Assembly (NCBI GenBank): GCA_012862495.1 | Contig: BLSG01000129.1 | Location: 1 to 64,000, forward strand | DNA length: 64,000 nt | Direction of reading: 5' to 3' | Source: Thraustochytrium aureum | Taxonomy: Eukaryota | Shown: piece by piece, positions 1-8,773 of the stretch | Layout of the letters: each line of letters starts with the position of its first letter | Numbering within the stretch: position 1 is the first letter of the stretch | Position numbers and translations under genes: made by a program | Notes under the pieces: generated by a model | Told to the model about the DNA's origin: nothing | The model's database searches: none | The model's input: the letters and a program-made list of their open reading frames with translations, nothing else

Positions 1-238
1 CACCAAGCTCGCGCTGACCTCGGCGGACGCGCGCAGGCTTGAGTCGACCGTCTTTGACCTTCAGGAAACGTTGAACAAGCTTGACGTCTTCACGATCGAA
101 GGCCGCATCCGTAGTTTGCAAGTCGCCGCAGACTCGATCGAGGCTGACGTGAAGAGAGAGAGCAGGAAACATCTCGGAAAAGATCGGGCTGCTTCAAACC
201 CAAAGTGCAGAAGCCAGCAATCAGCTAGGAGAACTTGA
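1..238 (+). CDS. 3' fragment of a hypothetical coiled-coil protein (5' end outside window; may continue to TAG at 360-362 via a frameshift in the GAGAGAGAG run)
   Basis: Frame 2 is open from the window edge: TKLALTSADARRLESTVFDLQETLNKLDVFTIEGRIRSLQVAADSIEADVKRE, with a heptad-like pattern and GC3-rich codons. No family motif recognised. Confidence 0.35.
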   Translation, partial: TKLALTSADARRLESTVFDLQETLNKLDVFTIEGRIRSLQVAADSIEADVKRESRKHLGKDRAASNPKCRSQQSARRT

Positions 239-612
239 TCAGGTCGGGTTTCCGTCTTGGAACTACAGCGACTCCGCCACAGGGTTGGACAACCGTGCGG
301 TCCACCGCGGCTGCAGTACCGACGAGGCGGCGGCGTGTCGCGACGCCGCAGGGCGCGGGTAGCATGCCACCATGAGCCCCCTCGCTCGGCCGCGGCCCTC
401 TTGAGAGCGCTGGCAACCAGGTCACGCACGATCCGCTGCCTCGCCGTCTTTGCCGTCGCACGAGGTTGAGTCCGATCGTGATGATCATCAGTTCAGACCA
501 GCAAACAGACGCGCAGAGCGGGCAGGCGCGCGGCTGGCAACGCGTCGCACGGGCGGCTGGCTAGCTGGCTGGGAGCCACCGCGGCGCCGACCAGGCCCTG
601 GGCTTGGCGAAG

Positions 613-1439
613 ATGGACCTCTCGAGGTCGTCGCTCAAGATCTCGCGAATCGCCAACTGCGACGTGTTCGTGGGCCAGGGCATCAAGACGCCGTGGGAGC
701 GCCTCTACGGCGGCCAGACCGTCGCGCAGAGCCTGCTGGCAGCGAGCCACACCGTCGGGGACGAATACCCGGTGCATTCGCTGCACGCGTACTTTACCTT
801 GCCGGCGACTCGACCAAGGAGATTCTGTTCAACGTGGAGCGCACGCGGAACGGCGGCGCGTTCATGACGCGGACCGTCAAGGCGATGCAAGACAACCGCA
901 CCATTTGCCACACCCAAGTATCCTTTCACCGCGAGGAGCCTGGGTACGAGTTTCAGCGCGACCTCGACGAAGTGCTCGCACAACACGGTGTCGCTGTGCT
1001 GCCGCCGCCCGACGCGTTCAAGGGCAAGCCCACAGAGGACACGAGCAACAAGATCCTGCGGCACACGATCGCTGAGGGCAAGGACTGGCGCATCAGCTAC
1101 GTGCGAGTCGCCTCGGACGGACTGATTGACAAGGGCGACTGGAAGACCAACTGCTCGATGCTCACATTCCTGAGCGACACCGGGATGGTCGGCGCGGCGC
1201 GGCGTCCGCACGGGGACGTCAACTGGGGAATGTCGCTGTCGCTCGACCACGTCATCCACTTTCACCGTCCGCTGGAGATTTGTGTCGAGAACTGGATGGT
1301 CGTGTACCACTCGACAACCGTGTCGCGTGGTGCGCGGGGGCTGGCCACTGCCCTGGCGTATTCGTTGGCCGGAGCGCTGCTCGCCACCTTTAACCAAGAG
1401 GCGCTCATGCGCCCCATGGCGGACTCGGGCAAGCTCTAG
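613..1439 (+). CDS. ACOT8: Acyl-CoA thioesterase II (TesB/ACOT8 family, double hot-dog fold)
   Basis: Motifs RLYGGQTVAQSLLAA, VHSLHAYF, VERTRNGGAFMTRTV, FLSD, SLDHVIHFHRP, GARGL, QEALMR. Restoring one T at 793-795 joins the two ORFs (AYFYLAGD). The protein ends in GKL, a weak PTS1-like signal. Confidence 0.9.
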
Positions 1440-1673
1440 TTGTGGCGGGATGGACCTGCGCGCCCTCTCTCAGGGGAGTTGCGCCGTAATCTCTGGCGAT
1501 ACGGTAGCTCTAGCTAGCTAGAAGAGTTGCGGCGGGATTGTTTCTAACTTTTTTCTTTTTCACTTTTGATTGATTGATTGGACAACAAAACAACAAAAAC
1601 AGCAACAGTAGCAGCAGCAGGGGCCTGCCCGGCCTTCAAGACGACAGGCTCGCCACTCGCGGTGCGCGAGCAT

Positions 1674-2093
1674 TCAGATCGCCGGGCTAGCCATGCGTTG
1701 CTCCTCGCCAGAGCGCACCTCTTTCGCAAACAGCGTGCCGTGCAAAGCAGACACAAAGGAGCCGCGCGGGGCAAACGTGGTCAGATCTGCTTCATTGCGG
1801 CTCGCACCCGCGCTTGCGCCCACACAGAGCAGCTTGGCGATCCCGCTGCGTCGGCGCGCACCAAGCGGTGCTCCCGGGGCGTTCAAGGGGGCCAGCTGCG
1901 TCTCTTCGACAACCTCCTCAACGTGCACGACGTCGTCCCTCGAGCCGAACGAAACCACGTACTTGTTCGGCTTGCTGTCCTCTTTGATCACTTGGTACAC
2001 CACCCCCGCGCACCCGTCCTCCACGACCGAGCTCTGCGACGCCCGCGCGTGCGTTCTTCGAAACGTGACCTGGTCGCCCACCTTGAACCCCAT
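1674..2093 (-). CDS. Small hypothetical protein with an SH3/KOW-like N-terminus (MGFKVGDQVTF...GVVYQV...KYVVSF); possible in-frame intron
   Basis: ATG at 2093, coding-like codon usage, beta-barrel-like FKVGDxV pattern. No confident family. Confidence 0.5.
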   Translation of the reverse strand: MGFKVGDQVTFRRTHARASQSSVVEDGCAGVVYQVIKEDSKPNKYVVSFGSRDDVVHVEEVVEETQLAPLNAPGAPLGARRRSGIAKLLCVGASAGASRNEADLTTFAPRGSFVSALHGTLFAKEVRSGEEQRMASPAI

Positions 2094-2623
2094 CGCAGCC
2101 GCTTCCGCGCGCCGCTGCCAGCCAGTCCGTGCCAAGCCCGTTGCAGCCCGACGACGATATTGGATTTGCGGCCCTTGCACGTGTCGCACGCGCCGCCGTC
2201 TGGCTCTCGGCCTTGCTGTTCCTGCAATCTGTTCTGTTCTGAACAGTCAAGACAGCCCACTGACTGGCGTAAGATGCCCGCCTGCGGGGCAGCTGGACGT
2301 GTTCGCTCACGGCTCCGGCCGTTTGTGCCTGCCTCGGTTGGGCTATCGGGAGAACGTGACTGGTGCTCTTGAAACTTGGAAAACACTTGTACGATTTCCT
2401 TTGGTTTGCTTTTTGATTCTGGAAACTCAACGCAGGCTAAGAGGACAAAGGTCGAGCTCGTTCTTGAAATAGTGCGCAAGCCATTGGCAGATTGGCAGGC
2501 AGGCAGGCAGAGCAGCAGCAGCAGCAGGCGCAGGAACTCTGGAGAGCAACTGCTCGCCGGCTGCTGTGCGCCGGCTGCTGTGCGCCGGAGCCGCTTCGGA
2601 GCCTTCTGGCGGCATTCGCTCTA

Positions 2624-2674
2624 CGCTGCAGGCGCTGCAGGCGCTGCAGGCGCGGCAGGCGCGGCAGGCGCTGC
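2624..2674. repeat. 9-bp tandem repeat GCGC(T/G)GCAG, about 5 copies, upstream of BCD1
   Basis: Read directly from the sequence. Confidence 0.8.
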
Positions 2675-2718
2675 GTCCCCAGTTCGAGCGGCGGTGTTTC
2701 GCCGTCCCGCGAGGCGGG

Positions 2719-3621
2719 ATGCAGGCGACACCAAACGGACCCGCGAGGACGGCGTGGGCGGCGAAGGAAAGTGCGAGGTCTGCGAGTCCGCACCGCACAA
2801 GTACAAGTGCCCGGGATGCGGCGCGCAGACCTGCTGCGTCGAGTGCGTCAAGGCCCACAAGGACAAACGCGGATGCGACGGCAAGCGCCAGCGGACGCAG
2901 TTTGTTGGCATCAAAGCCTTCGCAGACAGCAACCTTCGAAGCGGTAAGTTTGATGGCGGCGGCCGCCACAGACGCGCTCTGGAGGCGAGCACTGACACCC
3001 CAGCGCCCAGACCTCCGATTCTTGGAAGAGGTCGCGCGCGAGGCAGACAACGCCAAACGCGACCTGCGCGGCGTGGGACGCAACATGAACGAACGCGGCG
3101 CGCACGGCGCATTTTCCCGGCTTCCGAATCACCTCCAAGAGATCGTGCGGCAGGCTGAGCGGCGCGGAACAAAGTTGCTTCTCATGCCGCTCGGCATGAC
3201 CAGGCGCCAGGAAAACTCTACGTTTTACGATCGCAAAGCCAAGCGCCTTCTGTGGCACGTCGAGTGGCGACTCATTGGAAACTCGGCCATTACGAGCTAC
3301 TCGCGCCGTGCTGGCGAGGATGTGGCCATTAAAGACCTTTACGACCGATTGCGGGCCGAACGCCCCGAAGCCGAGTGGCCGCCGCCGCCGGTTCGCTTTG
3401 CAATCAAGCGATTCATCCCCTTGGGCGAGTTCGCGCCGCAACCGGACGAGCAAGTCGCGGCCGCCTTGCCCTCTGCGGCCGCTCAAGGCATGGGAGATGC
3501 TGCGCCAGCGCACCTCCCACCCGCGTCTTGGACAACTCCGGTAGAAGGGGACAAGACCCTCCGACAAGCTCTGGAGGAATCGACCGTGGCCGAGTTTCCG
3601 ACGATCGTGGTCTGCCCATAG
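2719..3621 (+). CDS. ZNHIT6: Box C/D snoRNA protein 1 (BCD1/ZNHIT6), zf-HIT domain; intron 2944-3010
   Basis: HIT finger CEVC..KYKCPGC..TCCVECVKAHK..CDGKR. Splicing GTAAGT(2944)...CTGAC...CAG(3010) gives the conserved LRSDLRFLEEV; later LLLMPLGMTRRQENST and WHVEW, ending EFPTIVV. The ATG at 2719 needs one restored G (MAGDTKR). Confidence 0.88.
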   Translation: MQATPNGPARTAWAAKESARSASPHRTSTSARDAARRPAASSASRPTRTNADATASASGRSLLASKPSQTATFEAVSLMAAAATDALWRRALTPQRPDLRFLEEVAREADNAKRDLRGVGRNMNERGAHGAFSRLPNHLQEIVRQAERRGTKLLLMPLGMTRRQENSTFYDRKAKRLLWHVEWRLIGNSAITSYSRRAGEDVAIKDLYDRLRAERPEAEWPPPPVRFAIKRFIPLGEFAPQPDEQVAAALPSAAAQGMGDAAPAHLPPASWTTPVEGDKTLRQALEESTVAEFPTIVVCP

Positions 3622-3821
3622 CTTTGTCTTGGTTCCCGGCGGGCCGCCCCGCGTTTTGGTGGTCTGCGCCGTCCCAAAGTTTGCAATCCAGGACTCCCTG
3701 CAAGCTGCCCTCTAATAAACGTTTCTCAATTGCAGCGTGAATAGTATGTAATCTTTTGGTTTGGATTGGTCTCGGCTAGTCGCACGCGCTCAAAACGGCC
3801 CATACAGTCGCTGCAGGGCTG

Positions 3822-5153
3822 CTACTTCTTGTTGTTGTTACTGCTGCTGCTGCTGCCGCGGCGCGCCGAGCGCAGGGGCGCCCCAGACCCGCTCGTCGCA
3901 GTCTCATCGAGGGGCTGGAAGAGGCGGCCCGCGTTCTGCATGGGAACAGTGGCCCTGTCCTCCGCCCTCTCCTCTGCAAAGACTGGCTTGATGGCAATAT
4001 CCACCACGTCAGCGGCCATATCGTTGACGAGATCCTCAGGAAACTCTGTCGGAGCGCTGCACTCTAGAAACCAGAGCTTGAGATCGGCGTCGAGGAGAAA
4101 GTCAAACGCAAAGATCTGGAAAGAAGTAAAGTCGGCGTGGTCGACGTTTTCCAGCTTGGTCTTGGCCGACTTCATCACCAGCGCCACGGCCTCGCGCACG
4201 GGAGCCATCACGGCGGTCTCGTACGAGGTCCCACGCTCGCTGGAAAGCCACTTGGAGAACTGTTCGATCCCAAAGTCGCCTGGCGCAGATCCCGGCTGCC
4301 GCTGCACGGCCTCGCAACTGAGGTGCGCAAGCTTGTCGCTGAGGTCGGCCGTGGAAAAGGGGGCCGCACAGGCCTTAAGCACGCCTTGCGGGCACAAGTA
4401 GCAGTTGAGGCCGCTGTCCACGAGAGCAAAGAAGCGAAGGTCAAACTTGCGCCCCCCCGGCAGCAGCAACGGGTTGGTGATGTATCGCTGCACCGACCAG
4501 GCCGCGCTCGTCTTCTCCTGCGACTCGAGCATCGACATGATCTGGTCAAAGTCGTCGCTAATTACCGTACGCTCGCCGCGGGACGCGTCCGAGGCGCGCG
4601 CGATCCATGTCGGGTTGGACGAGGCCCGCTTGGCATTGCTTTCTGCAGCAATGCGGAATGCCTCCGTTTCGTTGTCCTCGGCGGACGAGGGGAAAAACAG
4701 AAACGTCTCGGGCGCGAGATGCTCCAGCCCGCTCTGGCGCAGGGTTTGGGCCAGCTTGACCTTTTGAGTGAGCCACACGTGGCCGCGAAAGTAGTTGCAG
4801 TGCGGCGTGATTCCATAGTCCCACTTGAACAGCTGCGCAAACCGCTTAAAGGGGATGCCGCTGCCGCGGGGCCCGCCGAGAATGAGGTGAAAGCGGCCGC
4901 TGTCGTCCTTCTTTTCTTTCCAGCCCTTGATGGCGCCAAGCTGGTTGCCCACCTCGCGATACAGGTTGCCGAGCTTGTGCGCTGGCGCGCCGAGGACATA
5001 GTAGTTGCGTTGCCCGCGAGCCGTCTTGGCCGACTCGTCAAACCTCTCCTCTGCAGCGTCCGACGACTTGCACTCGGCTAGAAAGTCGTGGATCGTAAAG
5101 TTGGTCGGGTCGCTCTTCTTCATCTTGGACTTGAGCCTGCGTTCGGCCTCCAT
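3822..5153 (-). CDS. TTL: Tubulin-tyrosine ligase (TTL)-like ATP-grasp protein with active-site substitutions
   Basis: Intact 443-aa ORF with RFHLILG, NYFRG, VQRYITNPLLL, RKFDLR, FQIFAFDFLLDADLKLWFLE, which align by eye to TTL. Confidence 0.8.
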   Translation of the reverse strand: MEAERRLKSKMKKSDPTNFTIHDFLAECKSSDAAEERFDESAKTARGQRNYYVLGAPAHKLGNLYREVGNQLGAIKGWKEKKDDSGRFHLILGGPRGSGIPFKRFAQLFKWDYGITPHCNYFRGHVWLTQKVKLAQTLRQSGLEHLAPETFLFFPSSAEDNETEAFRIAAESNAKRASSNPTWIARASDASRGERTVISDDFDQIMSMLESQEKTSAAWSVQRYITNPLLLPGGRKFDLRFFALVDSGLNCYLCPQGVLKACAAPFSTADLSDKLAHLSCEAVQRQPGSAPGDFGIEQFSKWLSSERGTSYETAVMAPVREAVALVMKSAKTKLENVDHADFTSFQIFAFDFLLDADLKLWFLECSAPTEFPEDLVNDMAADVVDIAIKPVFAEERAEDRATVPMQNAGRLFQPLDETATSGSGAPLRSARRGSSSSSNNNKK

Positions 5154-5715
5154 CTTGCCTGCTGCGTGTCTCGTCGACTCGGCCGCTCGCTGCCTCTGGC
5201 TCTCCTTTCAACCCCAAGCCGTGCTCTTCTCTGCCTTGCGCTGCTTGTCGCTGCTCTGCTCTGCTTGGGATCTGTTGCGGAGAACAAGGACTGCCTTGCC
5301 TGCCTGCTTGTCTGCCTGCTTGTTTGGCCGGCCTGCTGCTTGTCGTGGAAGGCGGAGTTTTCCGAGGCGCAAAATCTGGGAGGAGGCTCTTGTCGCCGTC
5401 TGGAGCGTTTCATCCCGCTCGCTCTCCAGCCAGCAAGCCAGCCAGCCAAACAGAGTGCGGAGGCAGCTTGCTCATCTCATCTCAACCCACGAAACCGCCA
5501 CGGCTCAACGCCCCCAACGGTCATATACTCGTGCACTCTCTGTCCGCTCTAATGGACCGGTGGGACCGACCGCGCTCGTTTCGCAAGTGCTCGTTTCTGT
5601 CGCAACGTGAATCCTTTTCCATCGTCCCATCAAGGCAAATCAGTTCAGAAAACAAGACAGCGCTTTGCATTTCTCAGGGCTCGGGTCAGCAAGGGCGGGG
5701 AGGGAGCCCGCCGCG

Positions 5716-5781
5716 GCCGCACCACGGCTGCACCACCGCCGCACCACCGCCGCATCACGGCCGCACCACGGCCGCACCACC
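5716..5781. repeat. 11-bp minisatellite GCCGCACCAC(G/C) x6, just downstream of the SBF stop codon
   Basis: Six units at 5716, 5727, 5738, 5749, 5760 and 5771, with single mismatches. Confidence 0.85.
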
Positions 5782-5799
5782 GCCCAAAGCCCCACCCGT

Positions 5800-7083
5800 T
5801 CAAATCTCCTCCTGGTCCTTGGCAGCAGACAGCTCAACGCCGACCTGACCCTTGTGCATGACGCTGTCCTGGTAGGACATATCGTCCGGCAAGCCGCTCA
5901 TGTCGTCGCCGTGGTAGCCCTTGTAGTGCGGGTGGCCGTTGATGGTGTGCTGGTAGTCGTTGATGAGAATGCGGCACAGAGACTCGTCGGCCGGGCTGAG
6001 AGTCCAGCCCACGTACCAGCTCGCCAAGGCAAAGAGGCCAAAAACCACCGCCTCGTAGCCGCCGTACACAACCGGGACGACGGCCGCGGCGCGGCCAGCC
6101 GGGCCAAGCGAAAGCGACACCGCTAGGGCAATGCCCGTGTTCTGGTAGGCAGTCTCAATCGAGACGGCGACGCGCTGCGGCTTGGGCAGGCGCGCAAGCG
6201 TTGCAAGCAGCAAGGCCAGACTGATACCAGCAATCACGGGGACCAAAATGGCGACGTAGAGCACGAAAGGCTGCTCCCATGGCTTGTTGCAGCTTGTGGA
6301 TGAGGCCAGCACGCCCATACCGATCGAGATGAAGCCCGCAATCGTGCCGGCCAGGTTGGCGCGAGCCATGTACTGCGGAAACTTGACGCCAAACAAAAGG
6401 CCGAGGATGACTGCCGAGATCACGACCGCGAGCGTAAGCCCCACCGTATCGTACGGGAGCTTGTCCGTGATGTCCTCAGCCTCAAGTGGGTTGAGCTGCT
6501 TGTAGCCGAGCTCGACATACAGGATGACGTTGAGGGGCAAAAACCCGGCCGACAGGATCGTGCTGACGGTGGTCATGGCGACACTAAGCGCGAGGTCGGC
6601 GTTGATCAGGTTGCACCACCAGTTGCTGTAAGACCCGCCAGGGCTCGCGCAGATGATGAGAAGTACGATCGCATTGAGCGGGTCGAGGCCGTTGTTGAAG
6701 GCCGCAACCGTGGCAAAGCCGATCAACGGCATGAGAAAGAACTGGCACGCAAGCCCGATGTAAACACCGCGCGAGCGGAATCGCTCGCGAAAGTGGCCAA
6801 AGTCGACGCTGCCAGCCAGTCCAAAAACCAGCATGAACACAAACACCTGGATCAGCACCTTGTACACCAAGTCCTCCGTTGACATGGGCTGATCCTTGGT
6901 CACGCACTCCTCATACGCGCACGCGTCGAGGCACGCCACCGCGTCCAGGGGGCCGGTGCTCGCATTGAGCTTGAAATAGTCGCTGACAAAGCTGCCAAAG
7001 TTGTCCTTGCTTTCGCAGACCCCCTTGGTCAGGTTGGCCACGAAATCCTTGTTGTCGAGGAGATCAACATACGCGTCACACAT
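5800..7083 (-). CDS. Sodium/bile acid symporter family (SBF/SLC10/BASS) transporter
   Basis: GLACQFFLMPLIGF, SPGGSYSN, ADLALSVAMTTVST, SIETAYQNTGIALAV; about 9 hydrophobic segments; Cys-rich N-terminal extension. Confidence 0.92.
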   Translation of the reverse strand: MCDAYVDLLDNKDFVANLTKGVCESKDNFGSFVSDYFKLNASTGPLDAVACLDACAYEECVTKDQPMSTEDLVYKVLIQVFVFMLVFGLAGSVDFGHFRERFRSRGVYIGLACQFFLMPLIGFATVAAFNNGLDPLNAIVLLIICASPGGSYSNWWCNLINADLALSVAMTTVSTILSAGFLPLNVILYVELGYKQLNPLEAEDITDKLPYDTVGLTLAVVISAVILGLLFGVKFPQYMARANLAGTIAGFISIGMGVLASSTSCNKPWEQPFVLYVAILVPVIAGISLALLLATLARLPKPQRVAVSIETAYQNTGIALAVSLSLGPAGRAAAVVPVVYGGYEAVVFGLFALASWYVGWTLSPADESLCRILINDYQHTINGHPHYKGYHGDDMSGLPDDMSYQDSVMHKGQVGVELSAAKDQEEI

Positions 7084-7812
7084 CTTCGACCCGCGCTGCT
7101 TTCGTCAAGCGAAACCCGGTTCCGTCTGCGCGCGAGTCGGCACTGGTCGCCGCCTTTGCAAAGAGCTCGTGCGGGGTGGAGAATTCCAGTCCCGCCGCCA
7201 CGCAGAGGCGACGACGCCTTGCCGAGCCACAGTCGACAGCGCCCGTAGCAGCCTCGCGCCTGCTGGTGGCTGCGTGCAGAGGCCCCCGCTGCTCCTGGCG
7301 CTGCGTGCGTGCTGGGCGCGCGAGGCTGCTCCTCAGAAACTGCGTTGGATGCGGCTCTGGTCGGCCTGGTTCACGCACCCACCTTCGATGGCGATTGCGC
7401 GGGTGAATGAGCTCAGAGGCAGCCGCCGCCGCCCTCTCACGAAGGCTGGACGCCGGCAGTTGGACAGAGCCACTTTCGAAGAGCGGCCGCTCACTCGGTC
7501 GTGTGCATTGCGCATGCGGGGAGGGGAGGGCTGGAGGGCCTCACACACGAAAATAAACACACAAGTAGGGTACTTACTCCTCTACTTTCAAGAGCAAGAG
7601 TTGTACTTGCCGGAAGAAAACGAGAAAAAGAAAAAAGTACAACCCAAATTCGATCGATCCTGCCCATCGCCCTGGCAGCACTCTGCATGGTGTGCAGGCG
7701 GCAAGGTAGGTACAAACAGCGTGCTGGGCAGTGCACAAGTTGGTTTGCCGACACGTGCTTGACTGAACAGCAGCCTGTCGGGCGCTGGCTCATGACTGCC
7801 AGAGGCCGATCC

Positions 7813-8473
7813 TCACTGCGGGACCTCCGCGAAGGCGCCGCCCGCCAGAACGTTGGGCAGTCTCGCTGGAAGGTGCACCGTCCGCCCTTTGATTGGCAGT
7901 CTCAGCCAGCGCGCCGCCTCGTCGTCCAAGGTAATCCACATATCGCGCGACTCGTCGTGCAGCACGGCCCACTTGCGATCTCCGTCGGGGGAAAAGACGA
8001 CCTCGCTGAACGTGGTGAATTTGGCGCCTTCATGGAACTCGAGCCACACGGCCCCGGCGCCCTCCCCTTGGCGAGCAAACGCGATTTTCAGGTCGCCGCT
8101 CACCCAGAGGTGCCGCGCCGCCGCGGCGGGGCCGCCCACCTTCTCCCGGTCCGGCCTGCGCACGACCGCGGCCGCAGAACGCCCCACCGCGCTCTCGCCG
8201 CCCCCGTCGCCCACGCCGTTGCCATTTCTTTCTTGCACAACAATCGGTCCGAGGTCCGGCTCCCCAGGCGCAGCGCCCGGCACCAGCACGTTGAACGACA
8301 GCCTCTCCAGGTCAAACTCGCACCGCACAACGGGCGTCAGCCCGCACGCGCGCGGCGCCCCGGCCAGAACGACGACACCCACGAAGCCCGCCGCCGCCGC
8401 CGCCGCCCCGCATCGCCGTCGGACCACGCGAGCGCCCCAAAAATCACGGCCGCCAGCGGCGACCGCCACGACG
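7813..8473 (-). CDS. Hypothetical protein, 5' end in gap
   Basis: Open frame of about 220 codons up to the gap with GC3-rich codons. C-terminal beta-rich segment WLEFHEGAKFTTFSEVVF...WAVLHDESRDMWITLD. Confidence 0.55.
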
Positions 8474-8565
8474 NNNNNNNNNNNNNNNNNNNNNNNNNNN
8501 NNNNNNNNNNNNNNNNNNNNNNNNNNNNNNNNNNNNNNNNNNNNNNNNNNNNNNNNNNTCCTTTT

Positions 8566-8773
8566 GTGACGAGACAACAGATTCCCGCTCGTCACATGAG
8601 TGCTGCGGTGACGAGAGGACCTGCTTGGCCGCGCCTCCCTCGTCACAGGAACACCTTCGGTGACGAGAGGCCTGCAGGCCGGCGCCCTCGGCCGTCACAG
8701 GGACGCTGCGGTGACGATGCTTTGTCCGTCTCTGGCTCCGCCTCAGCCGTCACAGGGCTCTGGAAGTGACGAG
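8566..8773. repeat. Degenerate ~52-bp tandem array with conserved inverted dyad CGTCAC-N12/13-GTGACG (4 full dyads plus 1 half site)
   Basis: GTGACG at 8566, 8608, 8660, 8711 and 8766; CGTCAC at 8590, 8641, 8693 and 8748. Confidence 0.85.

Noticed and set aside
8566..8773. CRISPR or TIGR-type array interpretation of the dyad repeats
   Set aside because: The context is eukaryotic with no cas or tas-like gene, the repeat interiors vary, and linkers 1 and 2 resemble each other, so they are not independent spacers. Kept as a dyad array.
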